Shown: positions 40,971 to 51,532, numbered from the stretch's first letter. The stretch is 64,000 bases of DNA from an uncultured cyanobacterium (GCA_963744145.1 CAVUSO010000001.1:1120001-1184000); one strand, 5' to 3'. Notes: generated from the letters alone by a model not told the origin. Translations and numbers: made by a program.

Positions 40971-42048
40971 TTATGGCTTTGATGGTTGCAATTTCTGTAA
41001 CTGTTGTTCTAATTGCTTTAAATGTTCCCGATCACCCAAGTTTTGATAGCTAGTTTTTGCCTGATTTAGCCATGCGATCGCTTCATTTACATTACCTAGA
41101 GCTTGGTAAACTTTTCCTAAACTAGCTTGGATCTGAGCTTGTTTCTCTAGATCGCTAGTTGTTTGAGTCAGATCAATAGCTTTTAAATAGCTATTTTTTG
41201 CTGATATCTACCAGTCCTAAATATATATACAAATCGCCTAGGTTTTGCTCGACTGCTACTATTTTACTCCCCCGGCTCAAGTCTTCTAGTTTCTCAATCG
41301 CTTCAGCGAATAGTTTATTTTTTTGATAAATATCAACTATAGCTAAAGTTTTTGCTTCATTAGGTAAATCTTGGTTGACAATTTGCTCGATCTCCATACT
41401 CACTCGTTGAGCATCCTCAGCTTTGAGTAAGGTGAACACTTCCTTTGATTCTGATTGATTATCAATTACTTTAACAGTGAGTAAATATCTCCCCCCTGGT
41501 TGTAGGGGTTGATCGCCAGCATAAACAATCTCAGTGTTGTTTACTTCTTGTTGCCAATCTACTCCTCCCGTACCTGTTACTGTTACGATATAGCTAGTAG
41601 CACCTAAAACCGGATGCCAACGCAATCTGGGTTTATTATTTAGTAATGCCGTTTTTCGAGGGGTGATAATGTCGGGAATAGAAGAATCAGAACTACGAGT
41701 CGGACCGATATATCCACTTGGAGTAAATATCTTTTGTGATGTTGATGGACAGCCATTATTAGCCCCTGAAATACCTTCTGGGACGCGCCAAGTTTGGTGG
41801 TTAGCGTAACAGAGAACAATCGTTTTTACTCCCCTACTTAGTTTGAGTGAATCACCAGGATAAAGAAGTGTATCCTTGCTAGTTGGATGGAATTCTGACC
41901 ATCCTTGACGTTGGAGCAATACTGCACCATTAGCGATATCAACAATTTTTCCAATGGGAGAAGAATTAGATTGTGCTAGAGCTAACTTCCCATATATAGG
42001 AGATAAAATTAAGGCTAATCCGATCGAAAACATTATTTTGTGTTTCAT
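40971..42048 (-). CDS. Exported protein with beta-rich N-terminus and C-terminal TPR; +1 frameshift near 41194-41206
   Basis: Signal peptide ...ALAQ. Removing one base continues KNSYLKAIDL...ASLGKVYQALGNVNEAIAWLNQA to TAA at 40971; span 1078 = 3n+1. Confidence 0.82.
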
Positions 42049-43229
42049 GGTTTTATTTTTTGCCGTGCCATACTAATCCAGCTTACCTCATCTTGATTAT
42101 ACATAGAAGCATATCTAAGACATTGTTTCCATTCAGCTAATGCTTTTTTATTGGATTCATGCTCTAGTATTTGAGCTAGTAAACAGTGAGCAGGAGCGCG
42201 ATCGCTAACTAATTCAATTGCATTTTCTAACTCAGCTTTAGATTCAGCATAGCGACCTAATTTTAGTAGCGCCCATCCCTGATTTTTATGGATATCTGAT
42301 TTAACAACTTTATCTTCAGTTAAGGGGAGGGCTTTTTGGAGTAGATCGAGAGCAGCAGTAAAATTTTTGAATTGAGTCACGTACAAATGAGCTTTGTTAT
42401 TATAAGCGGAAGCAGCAGTAGAGCTATCAGAAAGAGCTTTTGAATATTCTGCATCAGCATCTTTATAATTATGTTGGTCTTCATATATTGTTCCCAAGTT
42501 ATAGTGAGCTGCTGCTGAATTTGGGTTAAATTTCAGTGCCCACTGATAACCAAACTGGGCTTCAGGTAGTTTACCCACTAAGTAATTAGTTATTCCATAC
42601 CAATTAGCTAACCATGATAAAATAAAAGTAAAACTGACTATTCCGATTGATAGTAATAATGACCCTCCAGGTTTTGTGAAGTTTATGAAATCATACCAGT
42701 GTTCTGTGCGACTTCTAGTTTGATGGAAAAAGGTTTGGGAAGATGGTTGGGATGCTTGACTATGAGAATTAAATGAATTATCCTCTGGTTCACCATCTTG
42801 AGAATTGTCAGCTTTAGGAAATTGATCCTCGTTTCCATTAAATCGGTTTTCGCGATCGCTACAATCGGGTTTGGTACAGTGGGTTACTTTTGCTCCATTA
42901 AGTTCTGGTTGGACTGAGACTGGGGGTTGAATCTGGAGAGAGCATTTTTCCTGCAATTGCTGTAAGTATAGTTTTCTAAAAATTTGTAGTGCAGTTTTTT
43001 TCCGGACTCTTTCCCTGGTTACCATTGACAGAGACTTCCATAGATTGGGGGTAAGAACCCGCTGGACATAGCTATTTTCATAGCCATCATACCGAATATG
43101 ATTGAGTTTATTTCCTTGAAAAGCTTGTTTCAGTATTTCTTTTTGGACAGTATCCAAATGTTGTCCAGTTTTTTCATGGACTAAGTTCTCTGTAAAATCT
43201 ACAAGCTTTGAAATTTCGTCCGCATCCAT
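42045..43229 (-). CDS. Membrane protein: N-terminal HTH-like domain, TM, TPR
   Basis: TGQHLDTVQKEIL...LWKSLS N-terminus; TM segment; TPRs AAAHYNLGTIYE, DIHKNQGWALL, PAHCLLAQ. Confidence 0.8.
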   Translation of the reverse strand: MDADEISKLVDFTENLVHEKTGQHLDTVQKEILKQAFQGNKLNHIRYDGYENSYVQRVLTPNLWKSLSMVTRERVRKKTALQIFRKLYLQQLQEKCSLQIQPPVSVQPELNGAKVTHCTKPDCSDRENRFNGNEDQFPKADNSQDGEPEDNSFNSHSQASQPSSQTFFHQTRSRTEHWYDFINFTKPGGSLLLSIGIVSFTFILSWLANWYGITNYLVGKLPEAQFGYQWALKFNPNSAAAHYNLGTIYEDQHNYKDADAEYSKALSDSSTAASAYNNKAHLYVTQFKNFTAALDLLQKALPLTEDKVVKSDIHKNQGWALLKLGRYAESKAELENAIELVSDRAPAHCLLAQILEHESNKKALAEWKQCLRYASMYNQDEVSWISMARQKIKP

Positions 43230-43685
43230 AAAATAGATTTTAATTTTAATTCTCAAGTATAAGCATAATCTATTTTTCATATTCTCATTTTTAATGAAAA
43301 TTTAATTTTCTGAAGTTTATGAACTTTCTGAATTTCCCAAAAAATAATGATATGAATTTCATGATATTGACTTGTTTTAAATGTAAAAGTAAAAATATTT
43401 AGAGTACCAGAAGACATTTCTTGGTATCAGAAAACTGGATTTGAAACTCTAGCCAATTTATCATTTCAATAACTAAGACTGCGCGATCTGAAAATTCAGG
43501 TTTCAAATTAGTTATTTTTTATATGGCTGGAGCTAAACATTTACAGATAAAAAATACAAACTAATATCAATTGCATAAATTAGCCCTACAGATGAGACAG
43601 ATATATCAGATGTAGTCAGAATTTAAAAAATTGGTATTACTCATGTGCATGATTTCTAGTGAGTTTTTATCAGGAGAGCAGAATT

Positions 43686-44534
43686 ATGACAAGCAAAGCA
43701 TCAGATTTTTTAATCCTTGGCACGATCATATTGGGTGGAACACTGGCTACTTCCCAGCCAGCTTGGTCAGCATCTTTAACTTGGGATAACTGGGCTAATG
43801 CAGGTTTCGCCAGTGGGGCTAATGCCCTCGCTGCTCCGCAATCACTTGCGGTTGGTAGTGGTAACGTGCAGGTGGGCTTCAATGTTGGTGCAGGGACAAC
43901 GATGGCTGCCTTTAATGGGGGACTGACTCCGCAGATCGATAATGTACTCAACGGTTCTCAAGCTGACACAGATGCCCAAGGTAACCCGATCAATCGTAGT
44001 CTACACTTGCAAATGGACACAAATGCTGGTCAGTACGGCAATAATAACAACGTTAGTATGAATGTGGGCTTCAATGGCTATGGTGGTTCGGTCAGCAATG
44101 TTGCTTTCGAGCTATACGACATCGACATGGATACTGTAACTAATTCATGGCAAGATCTTGTGCAAGTCATCGGCTATAACAATGGGAAAGTAGTTAATCC
44201 GATTTACAGTAATCTAGGCTCAACTGTGGCCAATTTGGGCAACGGCTGGTTAAAAGGTATTGGGAGCAGTGACAATAGTAGTGATACAGGCAATGCCTTG
44301 GTCACATTTGCTGGGAATATCGATACCTTTAAACTAATTTTCACTGATGGCCCAAGTAATCAGGTCGATCCCGCATCTCATGGGATCGGCATAGGCAACA
44401 TCGATTTCAGCTACAATGAACCTAAAGCAGCCGTTCCCGAACCAATAAGTTTATGTGCCTTGGGCTTATTGCCGCTGGTTCAGATGCGGGTTCGCCGAAA
44501 CAAAGCAAAGAAGTGTAGTTCAGCACAAAACTAG
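43686..44534 (+). CDS. PEP-CTERM sorting domain protein
   Basis: Signal peptide ...PAWSA; C-terminal VPEP, hydrophobic stretch and basic tail. Confidence 0.88.
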   Translation: MTSKASDFLILGTIILGGTLATSQPAWSASLTWDNWANAGFASGANALAAPQSLAVGSGNVQVGFNVGAGTTMAAFNGGLTPQIDNVLNGSQADTDAQGNPINRSLHLQMDTNAGQYGNNNNVSMNVGFNGYGGSVSNVAFELYDIDMDTVTNSWQDLVQVIGYNNGKVVNPIYSNLGSTVANLGNGWLKGIGSSDNSSDTGNALVTFAGNIDTFKLIFTDGPSNQVDPASHGIGIGNIDFSYNEPKAAVPEPISLCALGLLPLVQMRVRRNKAKKCSSAQN

Positions 44535-44549
44535 ATATTGCTACTTTTT

Positions 44550-44641
44550 AGGGTTGCTTAACCAGGGTATGAAAATCCTGTAGGGGCGTATTGCAATACG
44601 CCCCTACAAATTATTTATTCATACCGTAAATCAGCAACGCC
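44550..44641. mobile_element. 92-bp MITE with imperfect TIRs, a central REP and a 10-bp target duplication
   Basis: GCTACTTTTT at 44540-44549 and 44642-44651; GTTGCT..GGTATGAA / TTCATACC..AGCAAC arms; REP 44580-44607. Confidence 0.85.
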
Positions 44642-44655
44642 GCTACTTTTTACCC

Positions 44656-45102
44656 TTGAGTGATTATCTTCGGTATGCCGCTTGGTATGGCAGTAATGGT
44701 CAACTTACCAATGCCAATGCTACCACTTACTATCAAGATCAGCAAGATGGTGGTGATGTATTAGCTCACTTACATAAAGACTTTTCTCTTAACAATCCTC
44801 TGAATAACGTTCAATCTCAATACTATACAATGCTAGCATCAACCAAAGTTCATTTAGATGCAGGTCAGTTGTATAAGTTTACCACTCAATCTGATGATGG
44901 AGTAGGGTTTATTTTGAAGAATGAAGATACTGGAGAATGGATATTAACACCAGGGGGAACTGAAAAACAAGACTGGCGCGATCGCGGTGCCCATGATCCA
45001 GCAACAACGGATATTTTTGATGTCAAAAAATCTAGAAATTACGATCTGTTTGTCAAATATTACCAAAAAACAGGTGCTGCCGCGATCGAAGTCCAGTTGT
45101 AA
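44656..45102 (+). pseudogene. PA14-like domain fragment
   Basis: YKFTTQSDDGV...YDLFVKYYQKTGAAAI; no signal peptide, TTG start, 3' end merges with an antisense toxin fragment. Confidence 0.6.
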
Positions 45103-45145
45103 TTGCTCGATGCACATTTTCATCCATGTAGAAAGTCAGACTCAT
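45053..45145 (-). pseudogene. Truncated DUF5615 (PIN-like) toxin
   Basis: MSLTFYMDENVHRAITTGLRSR then unrelated residues and stop; ATGA overlap with the DUF433 stop. Confidence 0.75.
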
Positions 45146-45483
45146 TTTATGATGCCTTGCGCCCGAAGTCTTTTAGAGATGGGAGATTCACCTGCTTCTT
45201 TACGTAAACGTTCTGCATACTCAAAACGTCGTTCCATATCCGCATCAGTTTCTGTTTTATGTTCCCAGTAATAAGATAAGGCAGAATGAATTTGACTCAT
45301 GCTTAAATGAGGATATTGAAAGTGTAGTTCTTCTGGGCTCCAACCGTAGGCGTAAACAGATGTAATTAATTCTACTACTTTTATCTTGCTACCAACTATA
45401 ATCGGTACATTGTTGGCATCTAGATGGACGTATTTATGATCGGTAGGTGTGAATTGTAAGGTTGTGAGTGTTATCTGAGTCAT
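45142..45483 (-). CDS. DUF433 family antitoxin
   Basis: PIIVGSKIKV...GWSPEELHFQYPHLSMSQIHSALSYY. Confidence 0.9.
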   Translation of the reverse strand: MTQITLTTLQFTPTDHKYVHLDANNVPIIVGSKIKVVELITSVYAYGWSPEELHFQYPHLSMSQIHSALSYYWEHKTETDADMERRFEYAERLRKEAGESPISKRLRAQGIIK

Positions 45484-45541
45484 GGTGATTGTTTGCTTGG
45501 GTTGATAATTTTTTATTTTAAGCGATCGTTCATAACTGATT

Positions 45542-46111
45542 TCATCTAAAACTTAATAATCCAAATATATCTGCTACAGATAACTGCCAATCAGTCAATA
45601 CACCCAACACTGGCAAACAATCCTCTCCTCTCTTAACTGCTGGTAACTGATTGGGAGTAAGTACCATAATTAATCTTTCTTGAGGTTCAATAAACCAACC
45701 GAGTTTAGTACCATTTTCCACACAAAAAATAATTTTATCTAAGACAAGAGTAGAATTTTGTTCAGGAGACAGAATTTCGATTACCCAATCTGGTGTAATT
45801 TCAATCCGATTTTCAATTTCTCCATTAGTATCTAAAGGAATACGGGACCACTCAAAAACAGAAATATCTGGTACAATGGAACGTTCGCCAAAAGTCACTC
45901 GTAACTCAGTAAATGCAGAAGCTAATTGCTGAGGTTCCCCGACTTCGTTAATAATAGCAGAAAAACGAGTTTGAAGTCTGCTATGTTTTCCTTGTGGTAT
46001 AGGTCTATGATAAATTTTTCCCTCAATATACTCGCTAGCTGGTTTGGTTTCTGGTAACTCCAAAAACTCTTTTAGAGAAAGTTGAGTCGGTGACTGGATC
46101 GCAGATATCAT
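45542..46111 (-). CDS. Uma2 family PD-(D/E)xK endonuclease-like protein
   Basis: LSLKEFLELPETKPASEYIEG, VPDISV, PDWVIEILSP. Confidence 0.92.
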   Translation of the reverse strand: MISAIQSPTQLSLKEFLELPETKPASEYIEGKIYHRPIPQGKHSRLQTRFSAIINEVGEPQQLASAFTELRVTFGERSIVPDISVFEWSRIPLDTNGEIENRIEITPDWVIEILSPEQNSTLVLDKIIFCVENGTKLGWFIEPQERLIMVLTPNQLPAVKRGEDCLPVLGVLTDWQLSVADIFGLLSFR

Positions 46112-46159
46112 GATTATTTTCCATGGGGTGAGTTGATGTGGGAGGAGGAAAAATGCCAA

Positions 46160-46225
46160 TCGATCACCATATTATCTGTAGGGGCGTATCATCTGTAGGG
46201 GCGTATTGCAATACGCCCCTACCGG
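46160..46225. repeat. REP-containing direct repeat, right island boundary
   Basis: Matches 34791-34855; REP core 46195-46222. Confidence 0.8.
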
Positions 46226-46252
46226 GACAGAAAAAAAAATTTCCCAAACCCC

Positions 46253-46281
46253 TAGACAAGCATTTATAAATGATATATAGT
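46253..46281 (+). promoter_or_regulatory. Sigma70-type promoter of the ribosomal protein operon
   Basis: TAGACA-N17-TATAGT. Confidence 0.7.
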
Positions 46282-46635
46282 ATTAAATTGTCGCCAAATT
46301 CAGTCCAGCATCCACTTGACTGAGTAAGAATGTTTGATGCAGTCGTGATTAATTTCAACTTCTGAGTCGCACCTAAAGGTAACACCCCGGATACTGAGCA
46401 TAAGAAAGCTTAAGTCCGAGCGACCACAAAATCAACCAGGGCAAACTTGCTGGGTTGAAATCAGCTTCCTGAAGCTAATTAAAAACCTTTATGAGGTAAG
46501 TGAGAGGTTTAGCCCCTCCAAACTGAGGAGCTAGAACTTGCTTGTCTGAATCAAGGAACATTTGTCAAATTGGAGCAAAAGGATTGGGATAACTCCTCAT
46601 CCAGCTCCACTGTAGTCTGTAAAAAGGAGAGACCG

Positions 46636-47259
46636 GTGTCTGTCGGTATCCTGGGAACTAAACTAGGCATGACCCAAGTATTTGACGAAGAAGGGAGAGC
46701 CATCCCCGTCACCGTCATCCAAGCAGGTCCATGTACTGTTACACAAATTAAGACCAAAGAAACGGATGGCTATACTGCTCTCCAGGTCGGTTACGGGGAA
46801 GTCAAGCCCAAAGCTCTGAATAAACCAAAACTAGGACACCTGGAAAAATCCGGAGCAACACCCCTACGTCATCTACATGAATATCGTTTAGATGCTGTAA
46901 CTGATTATCAACTTGGTCAGCAGATTAAAGCCGATATCTTTAGTGCAGGTCAAATCGTTAATGCGACTGGCACCAGTATTGGTAAAGGTTTCGCTGGCTA
47001 TCAAAAACGCCATAACTTTGCTCGCGGTCCGATGTCCCACGGTTCTAAAAACCACCGTTTACCTGGATCGATCGGGGCTGGTACTACCCCAGGACGTGTT
47101 TATCCTGGTAAACGCATGGCTGGGAGATTAGGTGGAAAACGAATCACCATTCGCAAGTTAACCGTCATCCGCGTAGACCCAGAACGCAACTTATTGTTGA
47201 TTAAAGGGGCTGTACCCGGTAAACCTGGGGCGCTACTAAATATCATGCCGAGTAAATAA
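46636..47259 (+). CDS. rplC: 50S ribosomal protein L3
   Basis: AGGAG RBS, GTG start, [13 protein letters not shown]. Confidence 0.97.
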   Translation: MSVGILGTKLGMTQVFDEEGRAIPVTVIQAGPCTVTQIKTKETDGYTALQVGYGEVKPKALNKPKLGHLEKSGATPLRHLHEYRLDAVTDYQLGQQIKADIFSAGQIVNATGTSIGKGFAGYQKRHNFARGPMSHGSKNHRLPGSIGAGTTPGRVYPGKRMAGRLGGKRITIRKLTVIRVDPERNLLLIKGAVPGKPGALLNIMPSK

Positions 47260-47354
47260 ATGGAGTGGTTAAGAGTTCATCGTTAAGTGGTCGATAATTC
47301 AACATCAGATGAATGACTCACCACAACAATGAACCATGAACAAAGGACAGCACT

Positions 47355-47987
47355 ATGGTTAACTGTGTCGTTAAAAACTGGCAAGGGGAACAAGTCGCAG
47401 AAGCGACTTTAGAGTTGCGAGTAGCGAAAGAAGAAAACGCGGCTCATATCGTCCACCGGGCCCTAGTTCGCCAACTACATAATGCACGTCAAGGAACAGC
47501 CTGCACCAAAACTCGTTCCGAAGTTAGAGGTGGTGGACGTAAACCTTGGCGACAAAAAGGAACCGGTCGAGCTAGAGCTGGATCAATTCGTTCTCCGCTG
47601 TGGCGTGGTGGTGGGGTGATATTTGGCCCGAAACCCCGGGAATTTGAGCTGAAAATGAATCGCAAAGAAAGAAGGTTAGCCTTTAGAACTGCCTTTCAAA
47701 GTCGGGCTGAAGAATTGATTGTGGTTGAAGATTTTGCCGATAAATTGCCTCGACCAAAAACGAAAGAATTAGCATCAGCGATCGCCCGTTGGGGTGTAAA
47801 ACCAGAAACAAAAGTATTGTTAATTCTGGCCGAAAAAACTGAAATGGTATATCTTTCAGGTCGCAATATCGCTAATTTAAAAATTCTACCGGCTAACAAT
47901 CTCAATGTCTTTGATGTCTTAGCCGCCGATCATATCGTCACAACCACAGAGGCACTTGCCAAAATTCAGGAGGTTTACGGTGACTGA
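47355..47987 (+). CDS. rplD: 50S ribosomal protein L4
   Basis: [15 protein letters not shown]. Confidence 0.98.
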   Translation: MVNCVVKNWQGEQVAEATLELRVAKEENAAHIVHRALVRQLHNARQGTACTKTRSEVRGGGRKPWRQKGTGRARAGSIRSPLWRGGGVIFGPKPREFELKMNRKERRLAFRTAFQSRAEELIVVEDFADKLPRPKTKELASAIARWGVKPETKVLLILAEKTEMVYLSGRNIANLKILPANNLNVFDVLAADHIVTTTEALAKIQEVYGD

Positions 47988-48288
47988 ATATAATCTCCGC
48001 GATTTGATCGATATGATTCAACGCCCTCTCATCACCGAGAAAGCGACCAGGCTGATGGAGCAAAATAAATTCTTATTTGAAGTAGCTCATCATGCCACTA
48101 AACCAGAAATTAAAGCCGCGATCGAAGAACTTTTCAAAGTCAAAGTATTGAGTGTCAATACCCTCAATCTACCTCGCAAAAAACGGCGAGTTGGCAAATT
48201 TGCTGGATTTAAAACGAGATATAAAAGAGCGATCGTCACTTTAACTGAAGGAGATACACTGCGCGGGATTCTGTTCCCAGAAGTGTAG
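47980..48288 (+). CDS. rplW: 50S ribosomal protein L23
   Basis: [19 protein letters not shown] after AGGAGG. Confidence 0.96.
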   Translation: MTEYNLRDLIDMIQRPLITEKATRLMEQNKFLFEVAHHATKPEIKAAIEELFKVKVLSVNTLNLPRKKRRVGKFAGFKTRYKRAIVTLTEGDTLRGILFPEV

Positions 48289-48372
48289 AGTTCTCCCTAA
48301 CTTGAGAATTAATCGATCTCAAATCTCCAATTCGATCGCTAATCATTTTGACCCGAAAAACACGAATAAATT

Positions 48373-49236
48373 ATGGGCATTCGTTCTTACAAACCTTATA
48401 CATCCAGCACCCGTCAACGGAGCGTCTCAGACTTTGCTGAGATTACGCGGGATGAACCAGAAAAATCCCTGACGCGATCGGAACATCGTCCCAAAGGTAG
48501 AAACAATCGCGGGGTCATTACCTGTCGGCACCGAGGTGGTGGACACAAACGACTCTATCGGATCATTGACTTTCACCGCAACAAACACAACATCCCAGCT
48601 AAAGTCGTTTCGGTCGAATATGACCCCAACCGGAATGCTCGGATTGCCCTACTTCATTACCAAGATGGGGAAAAACGCTATATTCTCCATCCTCTGGGAT
48701 TAAAAGTTGGCACCCAAATCATCTCCGGACCAGAATCACCGATCGAAATTGGTAACGCTCTACCCTTAAGCAAAATCCCCTTGGGTACAGGAATTCATAA
48801 TATTGAACTGACCCCAGGACGTGGTGGACAAATTGTGCGGGCTGCTGGTGCTACCGCCCAAGTTGTGGCCAAAGAAGGAAACTACGTTACCATTAAACTT
48901 CCATCTGGAGAAGTGCGGATGGTACGTCGCGAATGCTACGGCACCATCGGGCAAGTAGGCAACCTAGACGCGAGAAACATCAGCGTTGGTAAAGCTGGAC
49001 GCACTCGCTGGAAAGGACGTCGTCCTCAAGTTAGAGGTAGCGTCATGAACCCAGTCGATCACCCTCATGGTGGTGGAGAAGGTAGAGCGCCGATCGGCAG
49101 AAGTGGCCCAGTTACACCTTGGGGTAAACCAGCCTTGGGTTACAAGACTCGCAACCGGAAAAAATTGAGCAGTTCATTGATTGTGCGTCGTCGTCGCAAA
49201 GCATCCAAACGTGGACGTGGCGGTCGGGAAAGCTAA
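48373..49236 (+). CDS. rplB: 50S ribosomal protein L2
   Basis: [25 protein letters not shown]. Confidence 0.98.
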   Translation: MGIRSYKPYTSSTRQRSVSDFAEITRDEPEKSLTRSEHRPKGRNNRGVITCRHRGGGHKRLYRIIDFHRNKHNIPAKVVSVEYDPNRNARIALLHYQDGEKRYILHPLGLKVGTQIISGPESPIEIGNALPLSKIPLGTGIHNIELTPGRGGQIVRAAGATAQVVAKEGNYVTIKLPSGEVRMVRRECYGTIGQVGNLDARNISVGKAGRTRWKGRRPQVRGSVMNPVDHPHGGGEGRAPIGRSGPVTPWGKPALGYKTRNRKKLSSSLIVRRRRKASKRGRGGRES

Positions 49237-49325
49237 GGCTAATTAACAAATGAAAATTGAAAATTAATAATTTTCGGTTTTCTCTGATCAATTTTCCATT
49301 ATCAATTTTCCATTACGGTAAAAAC

Positions 49326-49607
49326 ATGGGTCGTTCTCTCAAAAAAGGTCCTTTTGTCGCCGATCATCTGCTGAGTAAAATCGAAGCTTTAAATGCCAAA
49401 GGTGAAAAGCAGGTAATTAAAACTTGGTCAAGGTCATCAACTGTATTGCCCTTGATGGTAGGGTTTACCATCGCTGTCCATAATGGACGGCAACATGTAC
49501 CAGTTTACGTCACAGATCAAATGGTCGGACATAAATTAGGCGAATTTGCACCAACTCGTACCTTTCGGGGACACGCTAAAGGTGATAAAAAAGTCGCTCG
49601 TCGATAG
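49326..49607 (+). CDS. rpsS: 30S ribosomal protein S19
   Basis: [21 protein letters not shown]. Confidence 0.98.
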   Translation: MGRSLKKGPFVADHLLSKIEALNAKGEKQVIKTWSRSSTVLPLMVGFTIAVHNGRQHVPVYVTDQMVGHKLGEFAPTRTFRGHAKGDKKVARR

Positions 49608-49671
49608 GCTAAAAGTTCAGAATTCATCATTCAATAGGAACTTTTGAACTTTTGAACCAGAGGAGAAATAT

Positions 49672-50028
49672 ATGGCTATTGATACTACTCAAGAAGTAAA
49701 AGCGATCGCAAGATTTATCAGGATGTCTCCCCACAAAGTCCGTCGAGTTCTCGATCAAATTCGCGGACGTTCCTATCGAGAAGCATTGATCATATTAAGG
49801 TTTATGCCCTATCGAGCTTGTGAACCAGTTCTCAAATTAGTTCGTTCCGCCGCAGCCAACGCTGAACATAACGCCGGAATCAACCCAGCAGACCTGATCA
49901 TCAGCCAAGCTTTTGCCGATCAAGGCCCGATTCTGAAACGGTTTAGACCTCGCGCTCAAGGTCGAGCCTATCAGATTCGCCGACCCAGTTGCCATATTAC
50001 GGTGGCAGTAGCAGCGATCGAAGACTAA
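49672..50028 (+). CDS. rplV: 50S ribosomal protein L22
   Basis: [18 protein letters not shown]. Confidence 0.98.
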   Translation: MAIDTTQEVKAIARFIRMSPHKVRRVLDQIRGRSYREALIILRFMPYRACEPVLKLVRSAAANAEHNAGINPADLIISQAFADQGPILKRFRPRAQGRAYQIRRPSCHITVAVAAIED

Positions 50029-50059
50029 AGAATTCTTAATTCCATTAAAGGCAGGATTT

Positions 50060-50791
50060 GTGGGACAGAAAATACATCCAGTCGGGTTCCGCCTCGGTAT
50101 CACCCAAGAACATCGTTCTCGCTGGTTTGCCGATGAGCGTCGTTACCCTGAACTACTCCAAGAAGACTTCAAAATTCGCCAATACATTCAAAAAAACCTG
50201 AATAATGCGGGCATATCCCAAGTCAGGATTGAACGCAAAGCAGATCAAATTGAATTAGAAGTACATACCGCCCGTCCCGGTGTAGTCGTTGGTCGTGGTG
50301 GAACTGGGATTGAATCCTTAAGAACTGGCTTACAGGAAATGCTCGGTGGTAGTAACCGCCAAATCCGCATCAATGTAGTGGAAGTAGCCAGAGTTGATGC
50401 CGATGCTGCTTTAATTGCTGAATACATTGCCCAACAATTAGAGCGACGGGTATCCTTCCGCCGAGTTGTCCGTCAAGCGATCCAACGCGCTCAACGAGCT
50501 GGCATCGAAGGAATCAAAGTCCAAGTCAGTGGTAGACTCAACGGGGCAGAAATCGCCCGGACAGAATGGACTCGCGAAGGTCGAGTACCGCTCCATACCT
50601 TACGCGCAGATATTGACTACTCTTACTGCACCGCAAAAACCATCTACGGAATTCTAGGTGTGAAAGTCTGGGTGTTCAAAGGTGAAATTATTCCTGGTCA
50701 AGAAGAAGCCCCTCCTCCAGGAGCAGCTCAACCCCGTCGTCGTCAACAACGTCGTCGTCAGCAATTTGAAGACCGTTCTAATGAAGGATAA
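50060..50791 (+). CDS. rpsC: 30S ribosomal protein S3
   Basis: [26 protein letters not shown]. Confidence 0.98.
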   Translation: MGQKIHPVGFRLGITQEHRSRWFADERRYPELLQEDFKIRQYIQKNLNNAGISQVRIERKADQIELEVHTARPGVVVGRGGTGIESLRTGLQEMLGGSNRQIRINVVEVARVDADAALIAEYIAQQLERRVSFRRVVRQAIQRAQRAGIEGIKVQVSGRLNGAEIARTEWTREGRVPLHTLRADIDYSYCTAKTIYGILGVKVWVFKGEIIPGQEEAPPPGAAQPRRRQQRRRQQFEDRSNEG

Positions 50792-50800
50792 GGACAAAAA

Positions 50801-51220
50801 ATGTTAAGTCCCAGAAGAACAAAATTCCGCAAACAACAACGCGGACGGATGTGCGGTCAGGCAACTACTGGCAATGACCTTAACTTTGGGGAATTTGCAC
50901 TTCAAGCTCTAGAACCAGCTTGGATTACCGCCAGACAAATCGAAGCCAGTCGGCGAGCTATGACCCGTTATATTCGTCGGGGTGGCAAAATCTGGATTCG
51001 CATCTTCCCAGATAAACCAGTAACCATGCGTCCCGCTGAAACCCGGATGGGATCTGGTAAAGGTTCACCCGAATATTGGGTAGCAGTGGTCAAACCAGGA
51101 CGAGTTCTGTTTGAAATCGCTGGAGTTCCCGAAGCAACTGCTCGCGAAGCTATGCGTTTAGCTGCTTACAAATTGCCAATCAAAACCAAGTTCATCATGC
51201 GTCAAACTGAACAATCATAA
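50801..51220 (+). CDS. rplP: 50S ribosomal protein L16
   Basis: [18 protein letters not shown]. Confidence 0.98.
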   Translation: MLSPRRTKFRKQQRGRMCGQATTGNDLNFGEFALQALEPAWITARQIEASRRAMTRYIRRGGKIWIRIFPDKPVTMRPAETRMGSGKGSPEYWVAVVKPGRVLFEIAGVPEATAREAMRLAAYKLPIKTKFIMRQTEQS

Positions 51221-51277
51221 ACGCATTCATGATTCAGACCTGGGATTGACTTATCGATTCACGCATCCAAAACTGTT

Positions 51278-51532
51278 ATGCCTCTTTCCAAGATCAAAGA
51301 TGCCAGAAACTTAACCGATGAGGAACTGGCTGCACAAATTCTCGCCGCTAAAAGGCAATTATTCGACTTACGAATGCGTCAAAGCACTCGTCAATTAGAA
51401 AAAACTCACGAGTTCAAACATACTCGGCATCGGCTGGCTCAATTAATGACTGTTGAAGGGGAAAGAAAAATTGCGGCTGGGAAAAATCCCCCAGCAACTG
51501 CCCAACCAGAAACAAGTACAAACAAGGAGTAG
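51278..51532 (+). CDS. rpmC: 50S ribosomal protein L29
   Basis: LFDLRMRQSTRQLEKTHEFKH; operon position. Confidence 0.96.
   Translation: MPLSKIKDARNLTDEELAAQILAAKRQLFDLRMRQSTRQLEKTHEFKHTRHRLAQLMTVEGERKIAAGKNPPATAQPETSTNKE

Noticed and set aside
46570..46635. Ser-rich N-terminal extension of L3
   Set aside because: A strong RBS precedes GTG 46636, which matches the usual L3 start.
49237..49325. Degenerate heptamer-like repeats between ribosomal genes (also near 49610-49660) and the apparent RpsS N-terminal extension
   Set aside because: Ordinary short tandem repeats of filamentous cyanobacteria; the true start is 49326.
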